IMG/VR virus record: IMGVR_UViG_3300020577_010124
Coordinates: 32,001 to 96,000 of that record
Strand: one strand, 5' to 3'
Origin: a virus
Lineage: Duplodnaviria > Caudoviricetes
Length of the DNA stretch: 64,000 nt
The translations under genes were made by a program, and so were the position numbers. This document shows positions 18,229 through 26,774 of the stretch, piece after piece. A model generated the notes under the pieces. It worked only from the letters and a program-made list of their open reading frames with translations, had not been told where the DNA came from and searched no databases. The stretch's first letter is position 1. Each line of letters opens with the position of its first letter.

Positions 18229-18822
18229 ATGTACATAATCAAAAATATATCAGCAAGCGAAGTAACACTAAATGATCTTCATATTATGCTTGGCAAGGGC
18301 GAGCAGGTAGATGTTGATATGGTTTGCTCTCGTTATATAGCTGAGCAATCCGCCATTCTCAAACAAAACATAAGATCAGGCGCTTTGAGAGTTATAATGA
18401 AGGACGACCATAGAGGTACGGTCCAGATCAAAACCGCAGAATACGCTCCTCCGCCTCCTCCAATGGTTCATAAGCAAGATAACAGCGATGTTATTGACGC
18501 GGTAAAGCAGCTTGAAGCAAAGCTTGAAAAACGATTGGAAGAGAAAGTTACGGCTGCTCAACAGCAACAGCCTCAAATAGACCCAGCTTTACTTTCTCAA
18601 GCGCTTGCAGCTATTCAAGGCCTTGTCAATCAAGCAGGAAAGGCTGTTCCTTCTAAGGAAGAAAACCCCTCGGAAGAGGTTAGCGAGAGAGTTGTAGACA
18701 TACATAAAAGAACCTTGGACAGATTGGCAGGAAATGCTCAAAGTAATGTAAAACATACAGAGCAAATATCCGATAATAGTAGTGTACAAAAGAATATTGA
18801 CGAACTCGAAGGACTGCTGTGA
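18229..18822 (+). CDS. coiled-coil protein (candidate actin partner/adaptor)
   Basis: Start ATG 18229; small N-terminal domain, PPPPP linker, heptads VIDAVKQLEAKLEKRLEEKV, C-terminal helix VQKNIDELEGLL. Confidence 0.65.
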   Translation: MYIIKNISASEVTLNDLHIMLGKGEQVDVDMVCSRYIAEQSAILKQNIRSGALRVIMKDDHRGTVQIKTAEYAPPPPPMVHKQDNSDVIDAVKQLEAKLEKRLEEKVTAAQQQQPQIDPALLSQALAAIQGLVNQAGKAVPSKEENPSEEVSERVVDIHKRTLDRLAGNAQSNVKHTEQISDNSSVQKNIDELEGLL

Positions 18823-19643
18823 AAGACGAAGAAATTTACAAACAATTAGAAGAACTATGCAAAGATCGAATAACCATAATATCTCATTGTGGATACGATA
18901 AGGAAGGCCAATTTATTAGTTGGTCTGATCTATTTAATCATTCGGTTTTTGACGGCATGATGCTTTCTGATGGATATATAGAAAAAAGATCCGAATCTAG
19001 TTCTGCAAGATTTAGATTATCTTGTAAATATGAAGAATTTGCTCGATGCTTTGCGAATTATACAGGAATAGGTAAGAATATAAATTTAGCATCACATAGT
19101 TACTCTGATAAGAGAACAAATAAAACATATACTGGATATCGTTTAGATTCTAAATCAAATTATGAATTTGTTTTGCAACATACTCGATGGTACCCGAATG
19201 GAAAGAAAATTGTGCCGAGAGACATAATTTTGGATAGAACTACGTTATTATGGTGGTATCTTGGCGACGGTCATTTGAATAAAAAGAAGGCTAGACCAAA
19301 TTATAGACGAGTTGTATTATCTACTCAAGGATTTGTTAATGAAGATATTGATTTTCTAAAATCTAAAGTTGTCGAAAAATTTGGCGAAGATTCTGTCTAC
19401 ATAGAAAACCGAAATATAATCATTGGAAGAAAAGCTCTTTGTAAATTCGCAAAAGAAATGGGCAACAAAAGTCCAGTAAATTGCTACCAGTACAAGTTTG
19501 ATTTTGGGCCATATGTTGATGAAAACTATTGGGAAAAGAGTTTTGAGGATAGACCGCTGAAGTACATAAATGAATACAGACGAAAGAATAAAGTTAGAGA
19601 GTTAAAGTATACAGAGAAAAGGGAGATTAGTCATGATAAGTAG
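18819..19643 (+). mobile_element. free-standing double-motif LAGLIDADG homing endonuclease
   Basis: Motif 1 FDGMMLSDGYI, motif 2 LLWWYLGDGHL, with WYPNGKKIVP and LSTQGF as in LAGLIDADG_2 proteins; AT-rich; overlaps both neighbours. Confidence 0.88.
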
Positions 19644-20706
19644 AGTGGTAGGAGCCGACATCGGCACGATGTTTTTTCAGGTTGCCGAGATGGAGAATGG
19701 TAACTTAAAAGTAAAGAACACAAGAAATGCTTTTGTCGAGCTTCCAAAGACAGACGACGTTGAAGATACCCTTCAGCGAAACAACTGGCAATATATCAAA
19801 GACGGAGATAGCTATTTCGTAGTCGGAGAGGACTGCGTAAAGGTTGCCAATATTTTTCCAGGCAAAGTTGAAATTCGTCGGCCAATGGCTGACGGAGTTT
19901 TGAACAAGAATGAAGATAAGAAGCTTATTGTTCTTGCTGAACTTGTAAAAGCTTCTATTGGGCAAGCTCCCGACGACAACTCATGGGTATGTACATGCGT
20001 TAGCTCTGATTCGGTAGACGGATCGGCTGATTCTACATTCCATAGAAATCGAGTTATGGCGTTGTTCACTCGTCTTGGCTGGAAGGTCAAGGTTATTGAA
20101 GAGGCTCATGCTGTTATTCTAAGCGAAAGGCCAACGATTGTTGAGGAAGACGGAACGATTGTTCCTTACTCTGGCATCGGTGTAAGTTTTGGCGCTGGAC
20201 GAGCCAACTGCTTGCTGGCCTATAAGGGCTTGCCTGTTATTGGAATGAGCGTTGCTCGAAGCGGCGATTGGATTGATAAGCAAGTCTTTGAGCAGACAGG
20301 AGTTGCTATATCGCAAATCATCTCTGCCAAGGAAAGAAAGCTTGATTTTGACGCTCTAGACGATAGCGACGACGTAGTTTTTGCTCTTAATGCATACTAT
20401 GACGCAATGATTGAATATGTCTTCAAACATTTCGGTAAAAAGTTCCAAGAAGTAAAGAGTCAGTTTAACCAACCCCTTGATATTGTAGTCGCTGGCGGAA
20501 CCTCGATGCCTAAAGGTTTTTGTCAGAAACTAGAGAAAATAGTAATGGGTCTTAATCTGCCTTTCAAAGTCAAGGAAGTCAGACACGCAAAAAGTCCAAG
20601 GAATGCCGTAGTTGAAGGTTTGCTAGCTCAAGCAATGATAACTCAAAAGAAAGAGTCGCAGAACCTTCCGCAAGCTCAAGACCCAATTGATAAACTCTTG
20701 ACTTGA
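19633..20706 (+). CDS. actin-fold ATPase, volactin-like
   Basis: Phosphate-1 GADIGT, connect-1 IEEAHA, phosphate-2 GVSFGAG, ARSGDWID, adenosine VVAGGTS, connect-2 NAVVEG; GGGAG RBS. Confidence 0.88.
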   Translation: MISRVVGADIGTMFFQVAEMENGNLKVKNTRNAFVELPKTDDVEDTLQRNNWQYIKDGDSYFVVGEDCVKVANIFPGKVEIRRPMADGVLNKNEDKKLIVLAELVKASIGQAPDDNSWVCTCVSSDSVDGSADSTFHRNRVMALFTRLGWKVKVIEEAHAVILSERPTIVEEDGTIVPYSGIGVSFGAGRANCLLAYKGLPVIGMSVARSGDWIDKQVFEQTGVAISQIISAKERKLDFDALDDSDDVVFALNAYYDAMIEYVFKHFGKKFQEVKSQFNQPLDIVVAGGTSMPKGFCQKLEKIVMGLNLPFKVKEVRHAKSPRNAVVEGLLAQAMITQKKESQNLPQAQDPIDKLLT

Positions 20707-20718
20707 CGAGAAAGCTAA

Positions 20719-21447
20719 ATGGGATATGCAACTCCACAACAAGTATACGACATCATAGCTCAGTCTCTTACCAGTGCAACTAATAGAGTCGTAAACGGGC
20801 AGCCTGTCCCCCTTGTAAATTTCGGTAGAGCCAAAGATAGCAACACTATCCCTGATAGCGTTGTCTATCAGGCTATAAGCTGGGCAAGCGACCAAATCGA
20901 CGCTGGCATAAGCGAGCTATACGTTACTCCGTTGTGCGAAAAGACAGATCTTGAAATAAGACTTCTTGCTGACATCGATCCTTATAATGACGCAATCAAT
21001 GTTACTAAGGCTACAGTCCTAAATCCTGGCGATACTTTGGTATTTATTGATTCCTTGGGAGAAGAGCGTCATATTGTCAGCGCTGTTACCGACGCAAATA
21101 CCATTGAGCTAGCCGAACCAATCTTGGGTATCTACCATAAAGAAACAACGAGGATCTTGCGAGTAAAGTTTCCTCCAAGTGTAAATCTGATGTGCGCTAG
21201 ACTTGCCGCGGCAAATCTCTACGATAAGTATTTTTCTGCGCAAGCAAATCCAGATAAGACTGAATACGGCAAGACTCTTAGAGGTTGGGCTTTGTCAGAT
21301 CTCAATTCTGTTATCAATGGTATCATTATTCTCAACGGTCAGAAGAGAATAGGGCGTAGATTCTACAATCCAAATCTTAGCGATCGTTATGGCCTACCTC
21401 CATTGGATAAGGACTTCAACATCAAGATGGACGGAGGAGATAGATGA
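20719..21447 (+). CDS. head-tail connector (Mu gp36/DUF1320-like) with an inserted beta domain
   Basis: MGYATPQQV start, AISWASDQIDA..LY..PL, PPSVNLMCARLAAANLY. Confidence 0.7.
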   Translation: MGYATPQQVYDIIAQSLTSATNRVVNGQPVPLVNFGRAKDSNTIPDSVVYQAISWASDQIDAGISELYVTPLCEKTDLEIRLLADIDPYNDAINVTKATVLNPGDTLVFIDSLGEERHIVSAVTDANTIELAEPILGIYHKETTRILRVKFPPSVNLMCARLAAANLYDKYFSAQANPDKTEYGKTLRGWALSDLNSVINGIIILNGQKRIGRRFYNPNLSDRYGLPPLDKDFNIKMDGGDR

Positions 21448-21683
21448 AAAACGATCTCTCTAAGTTTATTGGAGCTATAGACCAAGTGGCTCGGTTGAAC
21501 GGCAAGGAAATACGAGACAATATTTTTTCGCAAAAGACTGTGATTAGCAAAACTCCCGAAGAGGCCATGAAGAGAGCAGCCTACGAGGACTATCTTAAGA
21601 CAGGAAAGGCTCATTCGGTTGAGCATGCAAGAGAGATATGCGACGAGTTTATTAGAGACGTTTTGAAGAAGGCAACTGAATGA
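21444..21683 (+). CDS. hypothetical protein
   Basis: 79 aa; GGAG RBS; ATGA overlaps on both sides. Confidence 0.65.
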   Translation: MKNDLSKFIGAIDQVARLNGKEIRDNIFSQKTVISKTPEEAMKRAAYEDYLKTGKAHSVEHAREICDEFIRDVLKKATE

Positions 21684-22585
21684 TTGACATACTTGAAAGC
21701 GTAAGAAGAACGGTTTACCGTTGGGTCAATACGACTGTCCCTCTAACGACAGACGCAGCCTTTGGCGGTACTACGCTCAAAGTAACTTCTTCTAATCGCT
21801 TTCGAGTTGGCGACGAGGTTGCTTTGCATGACGGAGTAAATGGAGAGCCAGGCCTTCGTATCGCAGAGATTCCAGATCGTAATACAATCATACTAGAAAG
21901 TCCTATCAAGACGATTGCGGGTTGGAGATCTACCGCAAACGGAATGCTTACCAAGACCTATGACGGTCAGTTTATTCAAGCTATCTACATTGGCGAGCCA
22001 GACGTTATTCCAGCCTATCCAGCTATTACTATCATGGGGCAGAAGAGAACGTCCGAATGGTTTACTCTTGAAACTACCAAAGAGAGATACAGCCTACAGA
22101 TTGTTATTTATGCGCACAACGATAATCATGAAGCTGCCTACAGAATGGTTTCGCAAATCGCTAATATCATTCAGCTTGGCTTGAAAAAGAACGTTTTCCC
22201 TCTTGTTGGTCCATATGAAACGGTAAACGTTATTGCCGACGTAAACGGCGGAGACGAGTTTATCAAGGTGGCTGACTCTTCTAAGTTCCAATGCGAGAAC
22301 AAGATTCTTCTTGAGAACCGCTATCGAGCAGAAGAGCTTCGAGTAGCAGAAATTGTTGATCCAACGACTATTCGAGTTTGGCCTAATCCATACAATGACT
22401 TTCTTGTAAGCGAGCAGACTAAGGCGATTATCCTAAGTCGCTTTATCTACAATTCTTGGCCTAGCGATATTGATTACGGATTCAAGTACAAAGGTACATT
22501 GCTTCATGCAGCAAGCATTTCTTGGTTCGCGGAAGAACAGGAAATACAGACTCGTCATGGATGGTCGGACCCTCAACTCTCATAA
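21680..22585 (+). CDS. putative tail terminator/completion protein with two inserted beta modules
   Basis: IYIGEPDVIPAYPAITI...YSLQIVIY core; located between connector and tube genes. Confidence 0.6.
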   Translation: MIDILESVRRTVYRWVNTTVPLTTDAAFGGTTLKVTSSNRFRVGDEVALHDGVNGEPGLRIAEIPDRNTIILESPIKTIAGWRSTANGMLTKTYDGQFIQAIYIGEPDVIPAYPAITIMGQKRTSEWFTLETTKERYSLQIVIYAHNDNHEAAYRMVSQIANIIQLGLKKNVFPLVGPYETVNVIADVNGGDEFIKVADSSKFQCENKILLENRYRAEELRVAEIVDPTTIRVWPNPYNDFLVSEQTKAIILSRFIYNSWPSDIDYGFKYKGTLLHAASISWFAEEQEIQTRHGWSDPQLS

Positions 22586-22588
22586 ACT

Positions 22589-22891
22589 ATGTGGTACAAG
22601 CAAGCAAATCATCCTTACTTTGATATAGGGCATAAACCGTCCAAGGGTAGTCCTACTTTCTTGTGGTGGTGGAATAACGGTCTTCAAGTTCAACAAACAG
22701 AAGATCCTAACTATGGTCATTCTCAAGCAGTAGATCATGCTATTGCAAGCGCTCCTGGTTTTTGTAAAGGTCGTTACGATCCTGTAACTAATATGATTAG
22801 CATAATGGCAATACAAGGAATACCAGAAGGCTGTGCTGATGCTCTTAAGGCTAAATGGCCTGGCGCTCATATCCGAGTATTTCGTAGGTAA
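22589..22891 (+). CDS. hypothetical protein (MWYKQA N-terminus)
   Basis: 100-aa ORF starting 3 nt after the upstream stop. Confidence 0.65.
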   Translation: MWYKQANHPYFDIGHKPSKGSPTFLWWWNNGLQVQQTEDPNYGHSQAVDHAIASAPGFCKGRYDPVTNMISIMAIQGIPEGCADALKAKWPGAHIRVFRR

Positions 22892-22937
22892 TGTCGATAT
22901 CCTGTTAGCCCCGTAAGGCTATAAAGGAGACGTTCCT

Positions 22938-23387
22938 ATGCAACTATGCGAAAAATTCAATTTTGCCGCCAAGCTTCTTGTTGAAGCTAATCTCGAAAGA
23001 CAAGAAAATATTATGAGAGAGAATCCGACGCTTGGACCTAAAGCGTTGGCAAAAGAATTTTGTACAGTTAAATTATCTTCAGGTCGAAGAAGCGGAACTT
23101 CATATACAGCAATTGATTTAGCGGTTTCGTTCTTTAAGAAACCACTTATACTTTGCGCAAATGAAGCAATGGCTAAGCTTTTGAAGAAACAAATAGCTGC
23201 CAAAGATTCAAATAATTCTTATGTTGTTTGTTCTGTATTTAATAATCTTACAATGCAAGGTCTATCTCCTGATGCTGTTATCATAGATGGCGCAGGGATG
23301 GTTCCTTCATCTAGGATAGAAGATATATACGATATGTTCAAAATATCAGTTGTCAATGCTCAGGGTTGTTTTATATTTTTGGGGTAA
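22938..23387 (+). CDS. degenerate terminase-ATPase-like P-loop protein
   Basis: GRRSGTS (Walker A Lys replaced), AVIIDGA (Walker B Glu replaced); AAGGAG RBS. Confidence 0.55.
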   Translation: MQLCEKFNFAAKLLVEANLERQENIMRENPTLGPKALAKEFCTVKLSSGRRSGTSYTAIDLAVSFFKKPLILCANEAMAKLLKKQIAAKDSNNSYVVCSVFNNLTMQGLSPDAVIIDGAGMVPSSRIEDIYDMFKISVVNAQGCFIFLG

Positions 23388-24559
23388 TGATGAAAATACT
23401 TACAATTGGCGCTTCGCCTTATTTGTTTGTCCGTAATGGACGCATGCATGCAGATATTATTGAATCGCTTATAGCTGACGGTCATGAAGTATCGTCGGCT
23501 GTTTGGCATCATGACGAAAGCTATTTTATGCCTTCTGAAGAGGGCATCCATTCCTATGAAAAATACGGAAAGGCTATTTGTCAACTCTATCCGTTTACTC
23601 CTAAAACAGAAGAAGCCTCTCCTTTTGTTTACGAGCTAATGAAAGTAGTCCATCCAGAGATTGTTATAACCGTTGGCGACTATAAGGATACGAATTTCAT
23701 TTTTGCTATCAAGGCAATGTATCCAACGCTGTTCAAGTGGGTAGCTATTTATACTTTTGATTGTCCTGGTATTACTCAGAGCGCTAAAGAAGCTTTTGAG
23801 TATACGGACTATTGTATTTCTACGTCTCCGTTTGGCTTGAAAGAGCTTATGTCTTTTGCGAATGTAGAAGGCGAGTATTTCCCTTATGGGCCTGACCATA
23901 GCAAGTTTTTTGCTACTAAGCCCATATCCGAAAGAGATTCGGTTCTTTGTAGCTCAAGGAACGCTCAATCGAGCAATATCCCAGCCTTTGTAAATGCTAT
24001 AGCTAAACAAGACGTAAAAGCGGTTATTCATACAAATATGTACGATGTTGGCGATTACAACCTTGAAGCGGTCAAAGCTCGCTATGGGGCAAATAAAGTC
24101 GTATTGCCAGAATACTATTGTTCTATAAAGGAAGGCTTGACCGAAAATGGCATGACCGATCTATATAACAACAGTAAAATTATAGTAGATTGTTCTATTA
24201 AATCAGCTACAGGACTTTCCTTGCTGGAAGGCATGGCATGCGGTTGTATTCCAGTCGGTCCTGCATATGGTATGATTGGGGAAATAATATCTCATATGCC
24301 AGAGGAATTTAAGTGCGCTATACCGTATAATATCTTTGTAGGACAAAACGAAGAGGAATTTGCAATAATTTCTCCCACAAACTTGTATTCAGTTTTGTCT
24401 TTTATACTACGATATGATCCACAAACCATGATTAGGGCAAGTAACGCCGCCATAGATGTATCGAAGAAATTCTCGAATACAGCTTTTATTGACAACCTAA
24501 AAAGAGTTCTTGAAAGAGTTCGTTCTGCCAAGCAAACATTGGTTCTAGATTCCCTGTAA
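23387..24559 (+). CDS. GT4 (GT-B) glycosyltransferase
   Basis: MKILTIG, L...GHEV, YGPDHSKF, TGLSLLEGMACGCIPV. Start at ATG 23387 or 23390. Confidence 0.8.
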   Translation: MMKILTIGASPYLFVRNGRMHADIIESLIADGHEVSSAVWHHDESYFMPSEEGIHSYEKYGKAICQLYPFTPKTEEASPFVYELMKVVHPEIVITVGDYKDTNFIFAIKAMYPTLFKWVAIYTFDCPGITQSAKEAFEYTDYCISTSPFGLKELMSFANVEGEYFPYGPDHSKFFATKPISERDSVLCSSRNAQSSNIPAFVNAIAKQDVKAVIHTNMYDVGDYNLEAVKARYGANKVVLPEYYCSIKEGLTENGMTDLYNNSKIIVDCSIKSATGLSLLEGMACGCIPVGPAYGMIGEIISHMPEEFKCAIPYNIFVGQNEEEFAIISPTNLYSVLSFILRYDPQTMIRASNAAIDVSKKFSNTAFIDNLKRVLERVRSAKQTLVLDSL

Positions 24560-24685
24560 AATATACCGCCCGTAGAAGGAGTTTAGAAAGCCCTATTGAA
24601 CAAAGAGGGAGACTTCGCATTGTTATTGAAGTTAATCTTTAAGAACAAGGCATTGGACACAGTTTAGAACGAGGAGTCAACAACA

Positions 24686-25117
24686 ATGGCGCTTTCTAGC
24701 AACGTAATTAGCGGACAAGATTATTTGAGTATTGCGACATATTACGCCAATGCGCGCGCAAGCAACCTTGGCTCTGTCGAGTACATCTATGACGCTGTGT
24801 ATAAGATTGTTCTTTCGACGCAATTCTATCCAACTATTGACTTGATCAATGAGTTTTGGACGAGCTACCAGATTAATGCAGACATTTACCGTTCCCCGTC
24901 TACATATCTAAGCGCCGTAAGAGCTATCAACAACCACGTAGTAAATCGAGCAGGATCGACTGTAGAAGATTTGAATGACTATCTAGCAGACGAATCTCTA
25001 CAAGTACCTCTTGGTTGGGCAGAACTATGCAAATCTACAGGCGTTCTCGTATGTAGAGCATATATTCAGGGACATCCTACGGCATATGGCGACGGTACGG
25101 CTACGCCAGTTTGCTAA
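24686..25117 (+). CDS. hypothetical virion protein upstream of the tail tube gene
   Basis: 143 aa; strong GAGGAG RBS. Confidence 0.7.
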   Translation: MALSSNVISGQDYLSIATYYANARASNLGSVEYIYDAVYKIVLSTQFYPTIDLINEFWTSYQINADIYRSPSTYLSAVRAINNHVVNRAGSTVEDLNDYLADESLQVPLGWAELCKSTGVLVCRAYIQGHPTAYGDGTATPVC

Positions 25118-25156
25118 TGTCTATTTCGCTTACTGTTTATAGGAGTTTAAGGTAAT

Positions 25157-26221
25157 ATGCCTATTCCAACCGCATCAATGGGCTTTATGGGTTCCGTCCG
25201 TTTTAACGGCGGTACTATAGGCCAGGAAATTCTCGTAAGAGCCTTATCTTGCGATATTAGAGCAAAGCAAGATATTGATTATCCAGACGTTGTTGATAGT
25301 CGTATTGACAATACTCTATATCAAATTAAGCCAAGAATCGTTGAAGGCAACTGCGAACTCCCCCTCGTTCATGAAGGCATCGCCACTGGAACAAGCAAGG
25401 CTTGCAACCCAGCAAATAATCTAGCTAAGAGACTTTGGGAAATTGCGGCAAAGAGAGATCAAACAGGTAGACTTGTAAATCAATTCAACGTTGACGTTCG
25501 TTATACAGACAATACAGCGTACAGATATCCAAATTGCATCATAAACTCAATGAAGGTCAGCATTACCCAATCTGACTTCGTTAAGATCAACTTCAATGTT
25601 ATGGGTGGAGCTAACGTCACCGACAGCGTTCGAGAGGCCTTGACAACTGACCGCGACCCAACTTTCCTAGCACCTGCTCGTATCGTTACATGGAATGACT
25701 TTAGAATAAACGTTTTCATTCAAGAAGCGGGAATTACCCTTCCAGGTTCATATATACGTTCCTTTGATGTTGAACTTAACAACAATGCAGATCGTTTCTA
25801 TACCTTGAACGGCAAACTAGTTCCACAGGATATTACTGCTCGTAAGAGAACCATATCGGGCAACCTTGCTCTTATGGGTTTCTCTGCTAAGCAGTTCCAC
25901 GATTTCATTTATAACAATCAGTCCCGCTATACTTCTCAATCTAAGATTGCATTTGGTTATACGCTTGGAAGCGCTACCATCCCATATTGGGCTACGGCGC
26001 TTTGGGGCGTTATCTTCCAAATCGAGGAAGTCCAAATTGGTAACGATATAATCGAAACCAGAATACCATTTAGAGCGCTTGGAGACTGCGAGAACGATTA
26101 CGAAGCAATCTCACTCGGAGCGGACAACCAGAGCGTAGATACTGCCCCAACCAACGGTTCGTTTGGCGGTCCTACTGCTCCAACTTACTTCCGCCCACTT
26201 ACATCTTTCAATCCGCTATAA
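25157..26221 (+). CDS. major tail tube protein
   Basis: Two beta-rich halves (RIVEGNCEL; IRSFDVELNNN...RTISGNLAL); AGGAG RBS; lies upstream of the chaperones and tape measure. Confidence 0.8.
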   Translation: MPIPTASMGFMGSVRFNGGTIGQEILVRALSCDIRAKQDIDYPDVVDSRIDNTLYQIKPRIVEGNCELPLVHEGIATGTSKACNPANNLAKRLWEIAAKRDQTGRLVNQFNVDVRYTDNTAYRYPNCIINSMKVSITQSDFVKINFNVMGGANVTDSVREALTTDRDPTFLAPARIVTWNDFRINVFIQEAGITLPGSYIRSFDVELNNNADRFYTLNGKLVPQDITARKRTISGNLALMGFSAKQFHDFIYNNQSRYTSQSKIAFGYTLGSATIPYWATALWGVIFQIEEVQIGNDIIETRIPFRALGDCENDYEAISLGADNQSVDTAPTNGSFGGPTAPTYFRPLTSFNPL

Positions 26222-26258
26222 TCTAAGCGGACAATAATCAAAAAGACGATATGTACAT

Positions 26259-26301
26259 AGAGCATAGCCATCGCCAGCGCGGTGGCTTATGTTCTTGTTT
26301 T
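26259..26301 (+). terminator. GC-rich hairpin with a weak U-tract after the tail tube gene
   Basis: agagcatagccatcgc-cagc-gcggtggcttatgttct followed by tgtttt. Confidence 0.55.
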
Positions 26302-26318
26302 CCTCAAAGGAGAAGTTA

Positions 26319-26774
26319 ATGGCAAAATCATTGCTAGTAAAGGGCGACGAACTAGTAACTATTACCGTATTCTATCAGTCCAAACAGAATAAGTTTGGCA
26401 TACGGCAATTCAAAATTCTAGAAGAGCAAGCAGCCAAGGATTTGCTCGCAAAAGGATCGACCGACATAGACTCTATTACTACAAAATGGACTGTTCCAAC
26501 TTGGCATACCAACAACTATTTAGTTCGCTCTTCAACGTTTTATAGCCCCAGCGAAGGCTTAAATAAGCTTGATTTCTCTAAATATCAAGACAACCTATTC
26601 AAGACTTGTTTGAAGGAATGGGATATTGAAGACGATGAAGGCAAGATAGTTTCTCTCAATCCAGATACCATAGGATCATTGCCAACCGTAATAGCTAATG
26701 CTCTATTGGATAAGTATGATAACTGCCTCAGACTTGAGGATGATGATAAAAAAAAATCATTGACGATGCCGTAA
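26319..26774 (+). CDS. tail assembly chaperone (gpG-like, 151 aa)
   Basis: AAGGAG RBS then ATG 26319; LKEWDIEDDEGKIVSLNPDTIGSLP motif; between tube and tape measure; ends in an A9 slippery run. Confidence 0.8.
   Translation: MAKSLLVKGDELVTITVFYQSKQNKFGIRQFKILEEQAAKDLLAKGSTDIDSITTKWTVPTWHTNNYLVRSSTFYSPSEGLNKLDFSKYQDNLFKTCLKEWDIEDDEGKIVSLNPDTIGSLPTVIANALLDKYDNCLRLEDDDKKKSLTMP

Noticed and set aside
18819-19643. Intein or group I intron hosting the LAGLIDADG ORF
   Set aside because: No N-terminal Cys/Ser or C-terminal His-Asn splice residues in a host frame, both flanking genes look complete, and no non-coding space exists for an intron core.
22938-23387. Functional terminase large subunit
   Set aside because: It is only 149 aa, lacks the catalytic Lys and Glu, and has no nuclease domain.
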